Source of the DNA: Lingula anatina
Lineage: Eukaryota; Animalia; Brachiopoda
NCBI GenBank assembly: GCA_051362555.1
Contig: CM120640.1
Coordinates: forward strand, 33,437,967-33,501,966
Direction: 5' to 3'
Length of the DNA: 64,000 bases
Part shown: positions 47,901 through 60,700 of the stretch, piece after piece
Position numbering within the stretch: the first letter of the stretch is position 1
How the letters are laid out: each line of letters begins with the position of its first letter
Notes under the pieces: model-generated
What the model saw: the letters and a program-made list of their open reading frames with translations, nothing else
Databases searched by the model: none
Told to the model about the DNA's origin: nothing
Program-made: the position numbers and the translations under genes

Positions 47901-48636
47901 AGATTATTACACACAAGTGAGTTATACTGTGATGGATGATTGTGTAAATACAGAAAAAATACATAAATATACATGAATGAAAAAGAAATAAATTCTTTGG
48001 TAATTGTGATGGATTATGGTGTTGTAAATAGATAAATTGGCAATTGTAAGATGAAAAGAAAAATTTTATTTTCAATTGCTCCTGCTGAGGCAATGTGTAG
48101 ATGATGTAATATTATAATTTGTATATATTCTAGGTCCAAGAAATTAATTGAAGAAGGTGATGGCCATCTTAAAGATGTTGCAGCTGTCCTAGAGGTAAGC
48201 AGAACATGGTCAACTCTGTAGCCTTAATGCTTTTGTGCCAACTTTTATGATGACACTTATAGTTCATGGTGAAAATCACAGGTCTAGTCTTTGATATGGT
48301 AGAAATGTCCTAAAAATCTCAGGAAGACTTGATTTTGATGCAATCTTCGACTTATTTATATCAAAAATGGTGTCCAAGTTATCTGGTTACTAATTTCAGA
48401 TTTTTGTAGAAAATCACCAATCTGCTTTCGCATAATCCCAGGCACCACGTTTATGTGAGATGAATCTGTGTAACATGTTCCTCTTCCCTCGAATGTTTCA
48501 GAATGACAAGCGTTACCTGGTCCTGGACTGTGATCCAGATGAGAGGAAGAAAATGATAGTGGCTTACATTGAGGACTTGGAACGCAAAGGCCCGCCACCC
48601 CCACCTACAGCCAGTGAGCCCTCTAGAAGGAAATAG
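38918..48636 (+). CDS. TCERG1: Transcription elongation regulator 1 (CA150): Pro-rich N-terminus, three WW domains, FF domains
   Basis: About 21 exons. WW1 is [12 protein letters not shown]|[16 protein letters not shown] (39955-40508), WW2 is [22 protein letters not shown] (41557-41683) and WW3 is [20 protein letters not shown] (42192-42664). The FF region includes [23 protein letters not shown]. The last exon 48502-48636 reads [31 protein letters not shown] at about 48957. Confidence 0.95.
44096..44178. repeat. 41-bp tandem duplication in a TCERG1 intron
   Basis: AACTTGTAARGTAATGTTTACAGTTGAAATGTRTGAATTAT occurs twice in a row. Confidence 0.9.
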
Positions 48637-50217
48637 GTTCAGAGGTTCCACCTCAGGCATTGCGTTGACGTTTGCCACAACTGATTCTGTCTGTTGGGAC
48701 ACTTTTTTTTAATCATTTGGAAAAAAAGGAAACATTTGATGTCCGTCTTGGAAAACTCTAAGCCCATTTGTCAGTACTTGTAGTGATATTTAGAAAGAGC
48801 GAATCATGGTTAAAGTTTAATCAGATGAACAGCAAAATGAAGTTTCCAAAGGATGTAACCTCGAAAGACTAATTGTAATGTTTATTTTAAACATCTGTAA
48901 TCGTTTTACTGCTAGTTTTTAGTAAGAATTTATAACTGTAGAGAAAGTGTATGAACAATAAAATTCTTATTTCACATGCTAATGGATATTAGTCTTTGAG
49001 GAATTTCAGGATGTGACACAGGTATTGCTGCAAGTTTTATGAAATGCCATTAAGAACCCTATTCTAAGCAGTAAAACCCACCTGTCACAATTTTGCAAAG
49101 CTTTTAGTACAACTACAAAAAGAAAAAACTGAAGGTTTGCAAATTTTGCTTCACTATTTCATTTATTGTAACTGTACATAAAATTATTCAACATTCCTAG
49201 TTTCTGTGCATGCAATTCATCCAACAATAACCTTTCAAAATTGCAGTACCAGATCCAGTTTCATCACACTAGTTACTAGTACATTCTACGACTGGGCAGT
49301 CAACACATCACAATCACTTATACTCGACCTGATATCACACCACTTAATGAAATGGTCAAATATTTAATCAATATGTATATATGTATATTTGCAAAATGAG
49401 GCTTATGACTAAAATCTACGAAAATGTGTTCAATGGTGCCAATAACTTGCCGTCCTGGATTTTCTAAAATGTCTTCGATAGTAAACCACTTCTAAATCCC
49501 AATACACAAGATATGAGAGAATGCATTTATCCCATTCTGCAGTTAAATTTAATTGATAAATTCCCCACATATGGAAAACGTTCACAAAACAGGAATTGTA
49601 TAATTGTTCTTCAAACCCTCAATAATATTCTACCATAGGTGCCACAAAGCTTAACCAGTACTTCAATGATAATTTTGTAGTGTAGTACACATTCAGTTTA
49701 CAGAGATAAACCAAGTGAAGTGTTCAGTATTTCTCCTTCACACAGTAACATTTCTCAAACCAAGTTTGTACACATGCTATACAATTTTTGTAGTAACATT
49801 TGTGACATAAACTATCAATTTAAATTATACAGCTTTCTTTGTACAGAAAGGTTAAAGTTGTATTAAATCATCAAGAAAACGAAAAAAAATATATATTTCC
49901 ACATCTTTGTCTAGACAACTAATTACATCTGTTGTCAGTTTTCTTTTCTTTTTTTTTTTTACTCAGATAAATTCCTTCATATCCTGCCATTGAATATTGG
50001 AAATCCTATCTGGTGAAAACTTTCACCAATTTCTTTCGCCTCACAGAAAATATCCCTGGCTGGTTTAATTCAATTTTTCCCAATTGGTCAAATTCATTCC
50101 AGTTTTATCAATCTGCATTGCAGTCCTTTCCATCTCTCTCTCTTTTTTTTCTGAGCTTTCTGTCAGTTTTTTTTACCAGCTTATCTATCACCTGGTCACA
50201 TTGGCAAGACTTCAGTT

Positions 50218-51253
50218 TTAGTTTGAGCCGCCTACTTTCGCTATAAGTTCATCACAGATGGCTGCTAGCTCTTTATTTTCTCTCACCTGTAAAATTTCAA
50301 AAAGATACATATTTTACTTCTAATCACAGTTTTGTAATACATAAGGCATGAAGATGCAGACTCATTATCAACAGCAAATGACCCACATTAAAATGCAAGA
50401 AACTATCTTCATTAACGAGTGGCATTATAGGGACAAAAATACATTGTAATCAGATCACACATAATGCAAAGTAAATACAACATCCACATAATGAGAAATT
50501 ATTCATGTTCCAAAATACAACATGTATAAATAATTGTAATTGTCAATGAATCATTTTGACATACAATACAGTCTAAGCCTACCTTCTGCTCATAACTCTC
50601 TTCTATGCTCTGTGCCCTTAGTTCTGCTTTCTTCAGAGCTAATTGCAGAGTGGCAATCTCTGCTGAGGTGGTTTTACGAATGTCTTCCACCATGTTATTG
50701 GCTCTGAATTAAAAAATGTATATATTTATATAGGTCATAAAATAGAGGAAATATTAATAATAGGTTTTTGTTGTCCACTGTGATATATTGAAATGTTAAA
50801 TGTTTTTTTTTTTATTGAGAAGATAATTTTTTTTTCTACAAACAAGGCATCACTTTAAGAGAACTCATATGATCATGGCTGTATGAAAGGTCAAAACATC
50901 ATGCCTTTTCGATAAAAAAAACTCACCTCCTTAGAAAACAATTACCGTTTTATCGTCATACCACATACAATTTCAAATAGTCTGCTTGCATTCCAAACAG
51001 GCATATTGACGAGTATTACAGATGGAGCCCAAATCATCACAGTTGAAAAGAGGGTTTATGCTTACGTTTCCAATTTTTCCTCTGCCTGTGCCTTGACTGT
51101 CTGATATTTCTGTTCTTCTGCTTTCAAGCGTTCTTGGTAGTCTGTGACACACTTCTTCAAAACTTGTTCATTCTACAACAGAGAGATATTAAAAATCATT
51201 GATAAATTTATTGTCACATTTTATCCAAATGAAAAAGCATTTTACTACAACTG

Positions 51254-51312
<59 letters not shown>

Positions 51313-54300
51313 ACAGTTCACATTGTACCATCATATGCATTCTACATTAAGAACAAATTAAATAGCCACAGCAAGAGAACACGTTTAATTATTTTTTCTA
51401 TTACACATGAAATGCATGTTTAAATGAAAGGTGTTTATACATCTAAGGTAAAAATGAGCAACTGAAAATTGAATTGTACCTTTTTAAATGCTGTGACTGC
51501 TTCTTTTGTCTTCTCATATCTCCTGTGCAGGTCAGAGAAGGCGGCCTCCACGGACTGCAGGTCCTCCACTGCCTGGTCTCTCTCCTTTAACACATCATCA
51601 ACAGACTCTTTGGACACATTCTTCTCAGCTGGAAGACAGGATTCAATTTGTAAGTTAACATTTGAAGAATCTCATAGCCTATTACCACAAAAGACTTCTT
51701 ATTTATCTTTATCAAAATTGCTATTACGTTTTCTTTTTCTTTTTCATTAGCCAACAAGAGAAAAAACTAGAGTTGCATGGGGATTTGGATATTAAGGGTC
51801 TTTGCCAAGGTCACTCATACCCCGTTCACACTACGCTCAGTTATCCGGATAAATTGCGAATTAGGTCACAATTCGAATAAATGCAGTAGTGTGAACGCAA
51901 GAGGATTTTTGTAATGCGCATTTTCAAAATCCTGCAAGCGAGGTGGATTTCTAAGCGCGATCCGGATAACTTACCGGAATCGACACCTGTACAGACCTAA
52001 CTGCGCATGTGTGCAGATAAGTGCGGGTATCTATGAACGCTTGTTTATTACTTTAGCGATTGCACCAAACGTATTTGGAGGTCACCATTCACTACAACAT
52101 GAGGAAACAAACTTATTTTGCCATCTTATGCTTCCCAAGAATGCTGGAATGTCTTTTTGAGATACATTTGCCGTCAGACTTTTTTGTTGGTATTTTGAGT
52201 TTTTCTGTGCGGCGCATGCGCGAGTGTTCAAAACAGGAAGTTAAACCTGAAATTTTCAACGTGGGATTCGGATTTGCTTCGCGAGTGTGAACGCAATGCC
52301 GAATTGGATTCCTCACGAAAAATCCGAATTACAGAAATGCGCATTTTTGCAACTGTAGTGTGAATGGGGTATAAAATTGCCTTTTGAGGTTATCCAGATT
52401 ACCATTTATCAATAATACAGATAAATAGCTAAAATCTAGTGTTTATCTGCACATTATACTATGTAAGCTCACGAATACTTACAGATCATTTGAGATATTG
52501 TCTTCTCAAATTCTGCAACAATAGATCTGAAAAAAAAAAATAATAATAATTATAATAATAAAAAAAAAATAATAATAATAACCATACATCATATATCCTG
52601 GTTTACTGAACTTATTCAAGTAAGAGAACTGCTTATGAGTCATGGGTCTCTGAATGGACTATACCAAGTAAAGGTTCATTTTACTAATAAAATCCACGAA
52701 GAAACGCCTATCTGATCTCTCCAGAGATTCAAAATTCAGATAAATCCTTACCCCATTTCTTTGTTGCTGGCTTGCAGCTGTTCTATCTGTTCCTGCAGTT
52801 TTTGATTTTCTTTCTGTTTCTTTTCCGTCTCTTTCTTCTGTTCCTGCAGCTTCTTGTCCCAGGTTCTCTCCTTGGCTAGCAGGCGTGCCTGGAAGTCCAA
52901 CTCCATCTCTTGTTTCTTTGTATTCCACTCAGCCTGGGAATACTTGAGCACCTAGACATTTGAGAGAAGAAGAGCAAAACCATTCAGTATGAGCAAATTT
53001 GATGCCATTTGGCCTCTAATAACATACACTACAACAAATCAATTCTTACAAATACCAAGTTATTTGTATATTAGTATCAAATTCTGAAGTGAACTAAAAT
53101 AGGCCCAAAACAATAACTACCTGTACTATGGCATCGGTGCCCATTCCCTCTGACGAGCCCATGGTGTCGGCTGTCTCTGAATGTGAGCTGTCTTGCAAAC
53201 CACTGTCACTCAGCTGCTGAAATCATGACAAAGAGTGTTTAATCTACCAGAAAAATGTGGTTGTCAAATTGTGGTCTGCATGCAACACCATGCTAAGCAC
53301 AAGGGTCATCAAAGCACAGCAATCAACAAATGATTTTTAAATGGTATAAAATGCAAAGACATAGCAAACAATTCGTAACAAACAAACACACATCTATATC
53401 TGTCTAAAAGAATGCAAATCAAAATGAAACTGAATTGATAACTCCATCCATTTCTAATAGCAGAGGACCTGAAACCAAACTGTTAAAATCATAGGGAACA
53501 AATGCATCTGGGGTAGGTTTGCACATCACTCTAGAAGCAATCAACACAGCCACAGTTTCATTTCTATGAAAACAGAATGTCCCCAGTAAACATTTTTATG
53601 TTGTTGTGAATTAAAAGAAAACCAGACACTACTGAATCCTTTGCTAACCTTCTGACCAACATCTACAACTTCAGGATCCATGTTCTAGGACTAAATTTAT
53701 TGAGCACAAAAGCTGGAAGGAAAGCAAACATAACAGGTTAAAGAAGAGTCTACAATAGGATACACAAGGCACAGCCTTTTTTTAAATTGAAAAACGCAAA
53801 AATAAAACTGAAATACAATGGTGATTCAGCCATTAGCACTGCCTGAAAATTAAACTCAAAGCAATGACATGCCAACAAAACAAAGGAGGGGTGGCAGCCA
53901 TTGCATTCCCATCATGCACCCGAGCATTCTTGACAGCCTCGAAAAGGGCACCTACATCAGGGTCACAGCTGATGCGCACCACCTCCTCATGGTCAAACTG
54001 TAAAGGGCTATCGGGTCGGCCATTTTCCTGCGACCAACTCATACTCATACAATCCAAGGAATCTTGGGAAAGCACAGCTGAGTCGTCCATCTCTGAGGTC
54101 AGGCGAGGCATGTGATTGACCCATGTCTGCGTCAGCTCATGGCTACTCAGTGTGCTTTGGGGTTCTGACACAGTAGGCTGCGATGAAAATGAAATTGGTA
54201 TGTTATCATTGGTACTTCATATATTTATATACATGTGGTTTGTGACCCTATTATCATTATAAACACAAATCCTGTGGACCAAAATAAAAAGGCCGTTTTA

Positions 54301-54761
54301 AGATACAGCTTTATACTCATGAACAACACAGAGCCCGCTGCAGCAATAGTGAACTTACAACCAAACTGTACAACAACAAAACTAGGGAGTTGACATCGTT
54401 TTCAGGTACACAGAAGATTGAAAGACAGCCAAAATTGCCACATCTCAGGAAAGCAAGACCAGAAAGCTTCATAAAGTGCTGTAATGTTGAGCAACATAGG
54501 CAAAAATATCATAACAATCCATGACAACAGAATTACAGAGACAGCAATACGGTTGACAAAGAAGAAAAATTGTGTTGCTTGATTGAATCGCAGTAGTGAA
54601 TATCTTAATTTCTAATCCAGATTCACAGAAAGCTAAAATGATCATAATCTTTAACAACCAGTCTGCAAACTGACACCCGTGACCAGTAAAATTTTGTGTG
54701 GACGACTAGATTTTTCAGAATGTTTGAATTTAGTGGTCCAATGTGCGCTGTAGATTTTAAT

Positions 54762-54794
<33 letters not shown>

Positions 54795-57700
54795 ATTTTT
54801 CCACAATTTTACATAAATATTTTAGAATGCGTCTCCATGGGTGAAAGTGATCCAGAAACATTTGACAAAATCAAGGTCTTGTCATTACTAGTAATAATTT
54901 GATATAGGAGTAAATGTCCAATATGATTGAAATTTTTATTTTGACCAGTGATTCTTAACAGAACCAGTAGATTTCAGGAAACTGGCAACTGAACCAGTAG
55001 ATTTTAGGAAGCTGGAAGTTGAAATAGATAGTAAGCTGAAAAGTTTATGGCACACACTGAACAACTGAAGATAACATCCTTATCAACTTCACCAGCAAGG
55101 AAGCTTCATTACTCTGGGGGTCAACCAAAGCATGCTTTCAGTATCAAGATAAAGCTGTAGTACCTTTTCCGGTGCTGGAGGGCTGAATGCCAACAGCTTA
55201 TCCACAGCCTGGTGGTGCTCCCTGTCCTCCTCCTCTTCCAAGCTGTGTTCCAGAACTCGAGCAGCGGGGTGTTTGTTTCCAAGTCTTTGCTGAACTTTAG
55301 CAAGGGGAGGAGTGTTCATACACAGCAGGTCATCATTGCTACAGGGAGATATAAACAGAAAGATATTAAATAATGAAATGCAGACAAGGAGCGAGTGAAA
55401 ATAGAGAGAGAGCACCACTAATCTATTTTCTACTTCTTTGCCAATTATATTTCCTTGGCTCATTTTATTCAGAACCAGATGCATTTGGGCTGGGACTGAA
55501 CGAACCTCTGGAGTATGATGTAACCCTTATTTTCAGTCAAAGCCTACATGCCTTCCTTACTAATGGGAGAAAACTAAATCAATGAAATGAACACTCACCC
55601 AGACTCTGCTACAGACTGCAGCTGCTTGTTCTTCAAGATAGCTGAAAAAAAATTACACTTCAATATAATGTGCTATCAAAATTTCATGGAATATACTAAA
55701 TCCATCAGAACCAGATTAGTTTCAAATCATCACACTACTTGAAGAAAATCACTAACAATTCATTGGAGGAAAAAATGATGTCCTACAGCCTACTGAAGTC
55801 TTCAAAAAACTTTGACAATACAAAGCAAAATGATATATTTTCATTTGGTAAATTTTCTTTTCCTTCATAAGCTTTACAATATGAAATTAGTAGACAAGAC
55901 CGTTGTCATAGTAATGTATGTTTCTAAGCATCTTATTAATGAGCCCAGCTTCTTAATCAATTTTTTAAATCTAGCATCTTCAAAGCTTACTCACATTTGA
56001 GCATAAAATGCTCAAAGGCATATTGACTGATATTCAACTAACATCTTAGTCATAAAAGCAGGACTGATAATTTCCTGAACGTCATAATATTCATCTCAAA
56101 TGGATGAGCATATCTGCTACACATAAAAAAAAGTTAATGGTGGGCGCATCTTGAAATTGTGCAATTAACAAAAGGTAATTTGTTTGCAACGTTCCATGCA
56201 GGATTGGTGTAGTGTATATGGACATAAACCCACAAGTTGACAATGACAAAAATCACATCTAATCTGCTGACAAATATAATTCCGATGAGACATTCTGTAG
56301 TCTTAAGGATACAGCACACTTCTATGCAGTTTTTTCTTACCTGGACTCTCTGCTCCCTTCACTAATGGATCAAACTTCACATACAGTGACTGCCTGCCCA
56401 ATGCACTTTCTTTCAACTGCAAATTGAAAGTTCCAAGAAACCATGAATGTCAATAACCAAATAACAGAAACTGTATCAATTGGAAATGAACTAGCAAGAG
56501 AGGGATTCATTTCACTTTCCAAATCAAAAAGGATGCCACAAAAATATTAAATTACAAGCCACTGGTAGGAAACCAATCAACGAGAAATCAAATTCATATC
56601 CATATTCACCAGCAATGTTTGACTAGCAGTGGCGATCAACACAGCTGACAAACTGTTCCCCAGTGAAACAGAGAGATAATGCAGTTTCCTTCCATTGAAT
56701 GTTTGCCAATTTCTACCCGATGAACAAACGTAAACATTTAAATGGTGGCATCCATCATAAAATTTCACGTGGTTTATTATCACATGTAAATCTCTTCTTA
56801 GTACCCGATGTGCACTATTGCATGAACATTTAACTTAAGATGGTACTTCTTTTCAACTGAGCCAGATGTAAAGACAACCAAAGGATATCCCCACATCCCT
56901 CTTTAGGTTTCATCTAAATTTAATTCACGTAAGAAAACTTTCATTTCTAATTTCGGCTCTGAAAACCCTGCAAACAAACCCTACTGTGAACAGGTTTCAA
57001 CAACAAGAGAGGACTAAAATTCTACGTTCATTAAATGCATGGCTGTGCTGTCATATCTGCGTAGGTCTGTAATACAAGTGTCAGCTATATAAATAACATC
57101 TCCATCACTAGCTGACACCGACACCCACTTGGTACATTTTAGCAAGCTCCGACCTCAAACAACTGCATACTGTTTAACTTCCTTGAGCACACAAATATCA
57201 TTATGACGTTGCTCCAGACAGTTGTAATACATGATTTATGATCAATAAAAAATGAGCCAAGAGCTGTATTGTATTCCGCAAGTAATCAAATTCTGAAGTG
57301 TTCTTTTTTGTAGATTTTCATCATCCTGGTTTTCTGAATTAAATTTCTTCGGTTGCAAATTGATGCATGTTATCACACTATCATTTCATGGCTCAGGAGA
57401 AAAAAAATCCTGGGATATAAACACACTGCTACTTATATAAGTGAAATTTTCTTTGAAGACATTTTTGAGATTAATTGAGATTCATGTTAAAATTTGTAAT
57501 TTCTCTCTTTGTATGCTAACAGACATCAATTAACACGTCTTCATACCTATATACCTTCTTTACAACTGGTACATGTCATGACACTTATCTCAAAACTTTC
57601 AATACCCATCTCTAAAATCTAATATGCCAATTTTATGAGTGATGGTAAGATAACATGACAACCTACACTCTATTGCATCCTCTCAACTAATACCATTTAC

Positions 57701-60700
57701 AAGAATGATTAATGAAAACTGCTACTTACATCGCCTCTCCCACCAAACTTTTCTAGCATGTCCAATGCCAGCGGGTCATTGAACACTGAAAAATAAAGCA
57801 AAATTCATGGTGAGCGAAAAAATCAAAAGTTATAAATTCCATTTATCAAACAGGAGCTCAAACAGGTGATCAAATCTCAAGGTACCTTGAAAATGAAAAC
57901 GCTCCAGCAAGCTACAGATCTCGACTTCTAAACAACTCGCCATGGTGAAGCAATGGACTGAGGGAGAGAAAAAGAGGCAACTTGGCTCTGACTTCAAATG
58001 CCAGCTCCAGACAGAACATCTCTTCCCCAAACCAGCCCACGCAGCAGGGACTAGGGAAATAGTCAATACACAGATGCCTATAGACAACAGGACAAAGATT
58101 GGAGAGCACAGGCTGGATGGATCAATACGTGTTACATGTACAGTGTTGAATGCTACAGGTCCCAGAGAAGGTTACTGCTAGTTCATAAGAGCATCCATTA
58201 AATGCAAGGTTATGGGCAATGAACACAACAGAATGACTGTCTTTTGTTTTTATGATGAAAACTGTCATATTTTTATAATGATATCTTCTGACTGAAGCCA
58301 AAATAAATATTCATTTTATGTTTTATATTTTTGGGGCTTATTAATGAAACAAAATGAAAAGAAAATCCCATTTTTTGAACCTGGACACTTTCTACACAAG
58401 ATACACAAACAAAGGTGTGTCAGATTAAATCACCAAATCAGTTTCAAATCTGGTTAATGAGCAATATCCGTCACTACGAAAACAAGTTTAAACTTAAGTC
58501 ATCACTTAAACAACCAATGTCTAATGCACATTAATTTAATGCTTAACAGGCAATAAGGATTGGGGCAGATAAACAATGCTGCCACTATTCAAAACAATCA
58601 TTTCAGTGCATTCAAGACTGCATATATACTATTCTTAGGAACCTTTGCTACAAGCACCCCAAGGCTCAAAAAACTGTATTCCAGTGCTCTGGCTCATTAT
58701 CATATAGTACTTATTTGGTAACATCTCCACATAACCTATTATATCTATACCCATTTCCAATACACATACCAGCCTTGAACAGTAGAAACCCTCTGACCAG
58801 GTACTGCAGAAAGTCGAGGCACGCCCTGAAAGCCCATGTTTTCCAGTCAATGGCAGACAGTGTCACCATACTACACCCCTGAGCCTATGCTCTGCTGTCA
58901 CACACACAGCACCCTTGCCAGCAACCTCCACTAAAGATGGATTGCTTTCTGGGTTTTAAAGATCTGTTCCAGCATTTTCACGCCATTTCACTGGGTTATA
59001 TATAGAACTCCGATTGTCTGTGGAAAATACAGGCAGATTAAGCTATGACATTTCAAACTGTCTGATGGAACATGCAGTAATTCCTATACACCAGCTTTAA
59101 CTGCGTTTGTGCCTCCTAAATCGTGACAAGCTGCCAAATCAATACACACTGTAATGTTCAATGCAACAGAGGTGTTTTGGTAAGAGGTACATGTAAATTT
59201 AGAGCTATTGTGACCTCGTCCTTTTTTGTTTGTTCAAGAAGCTGTATTTTGATATGCTATTTACAAGTTTAAAATACACTTGTACCAGTTTATCTGCACC
59301 TGCATAGTATTTGTGACCTTACTATGCTCCCAAGCTATACAGAAATGAAGTATGCGCTTGACCACTGTCTCAAAATATTGGGATAAAATGACATATTTAG
59401 GACAGCACCATCCACACACCAAATGGCTTGACATTTAATCTGGAGACATGCAGGAGCTGCTAAAAATGATCATTTACACAGGTATACACTCATATTCATA
59501 CCTAACCTTAATTTTATAACTGATCGTACCTTCATCTGCAGGCTTGAACGTCTCCTCTTCCGTCAGCTCCGTTTCCTGGCCGGCTTGCTGAGCCTCAAAT
59601 ATATTATCTCCTTTCTGATCAACTATCTGCTCCAATTCCCTAGAAACACTGTCCGTTAAATCCTTTTGTGCAACAGAGTCACTGGCTGAAGTTGTGTCGC
59701 CAGAGTCACAATGAGATTCAGGTTTGGTCACATTGTTATTATTGGACTCCTCCTGTGGTGCTGCTGACGGTGCCTTAGGTGCAAATATCTCAATATCACT
59801 ATCAAAGGGATCCTGGAAGTAAAATAGAATTGGGTCATGTCTAGGAAAATAATATTCTTTCTTCTTTTCCTCCAAACTCCGAACATTAATCAATATTTGT
59901 TATTTCTTCAAATCTAATCCTCAATACTCAATTTGTCTGTTGTTTTTCTTTGCAGTCCAATTTAGTGTACATTTAGTGTACAGTGTACACCATGTCAAAA
60001 TTAAATACAGAATTATCAATATATATATATAAAGGCCAAGTCCTGAATGGTCTCTGAAACTAAATACATTTTAAGTAATGACTTGTGATCAAATACTCTT
60101 CAATGCATATCATATATCCATATCTTTATTTGCTCTGAAAATGAAATACCACTTTGCCACTCTAATGCCCATAGAAGATACTTATTGAGAATATCATAAA
60201 TTCATAAGACAATCAACATATATTTCTATTAGATCAATAATCTTTTGTACCTTAAAAGAGGATCCTGTGTGCCATTAAGTGAAAAGAATACTAATTGGAA
60301 GTGGTCCACATATTAAAACGTGTCAAAGACAATACTGGCCCATGGTTCACTGAACATTTATGGGAATATGGGTTGATTTCTCAGTACAAGTGCATTTTTG
60401 TCAGATATATCACAGAAGCAGGTCTTCAAAAATGCAAACACATCTAATTGCACTGCACTGCATGTTCACTATGGGGTGTAAGTGAGAACTTCCAAACCAC
60501 AAATGCACACAGTCACAGACAATCACACCTTAATGAGCCAAATTTCTCATCATTCCTGAAGTATATGCTGATGTAAATATTTAAATTTACTTCTGAAACA
60601 AGCATAAAATGAATATACTGCAACAATGTTTTTCTTTTACCCACCTTTTTAATCTGCCCAACTGGTCGCTTGAATTTCTTTGGCGCTTGTTTTGTAGGAC

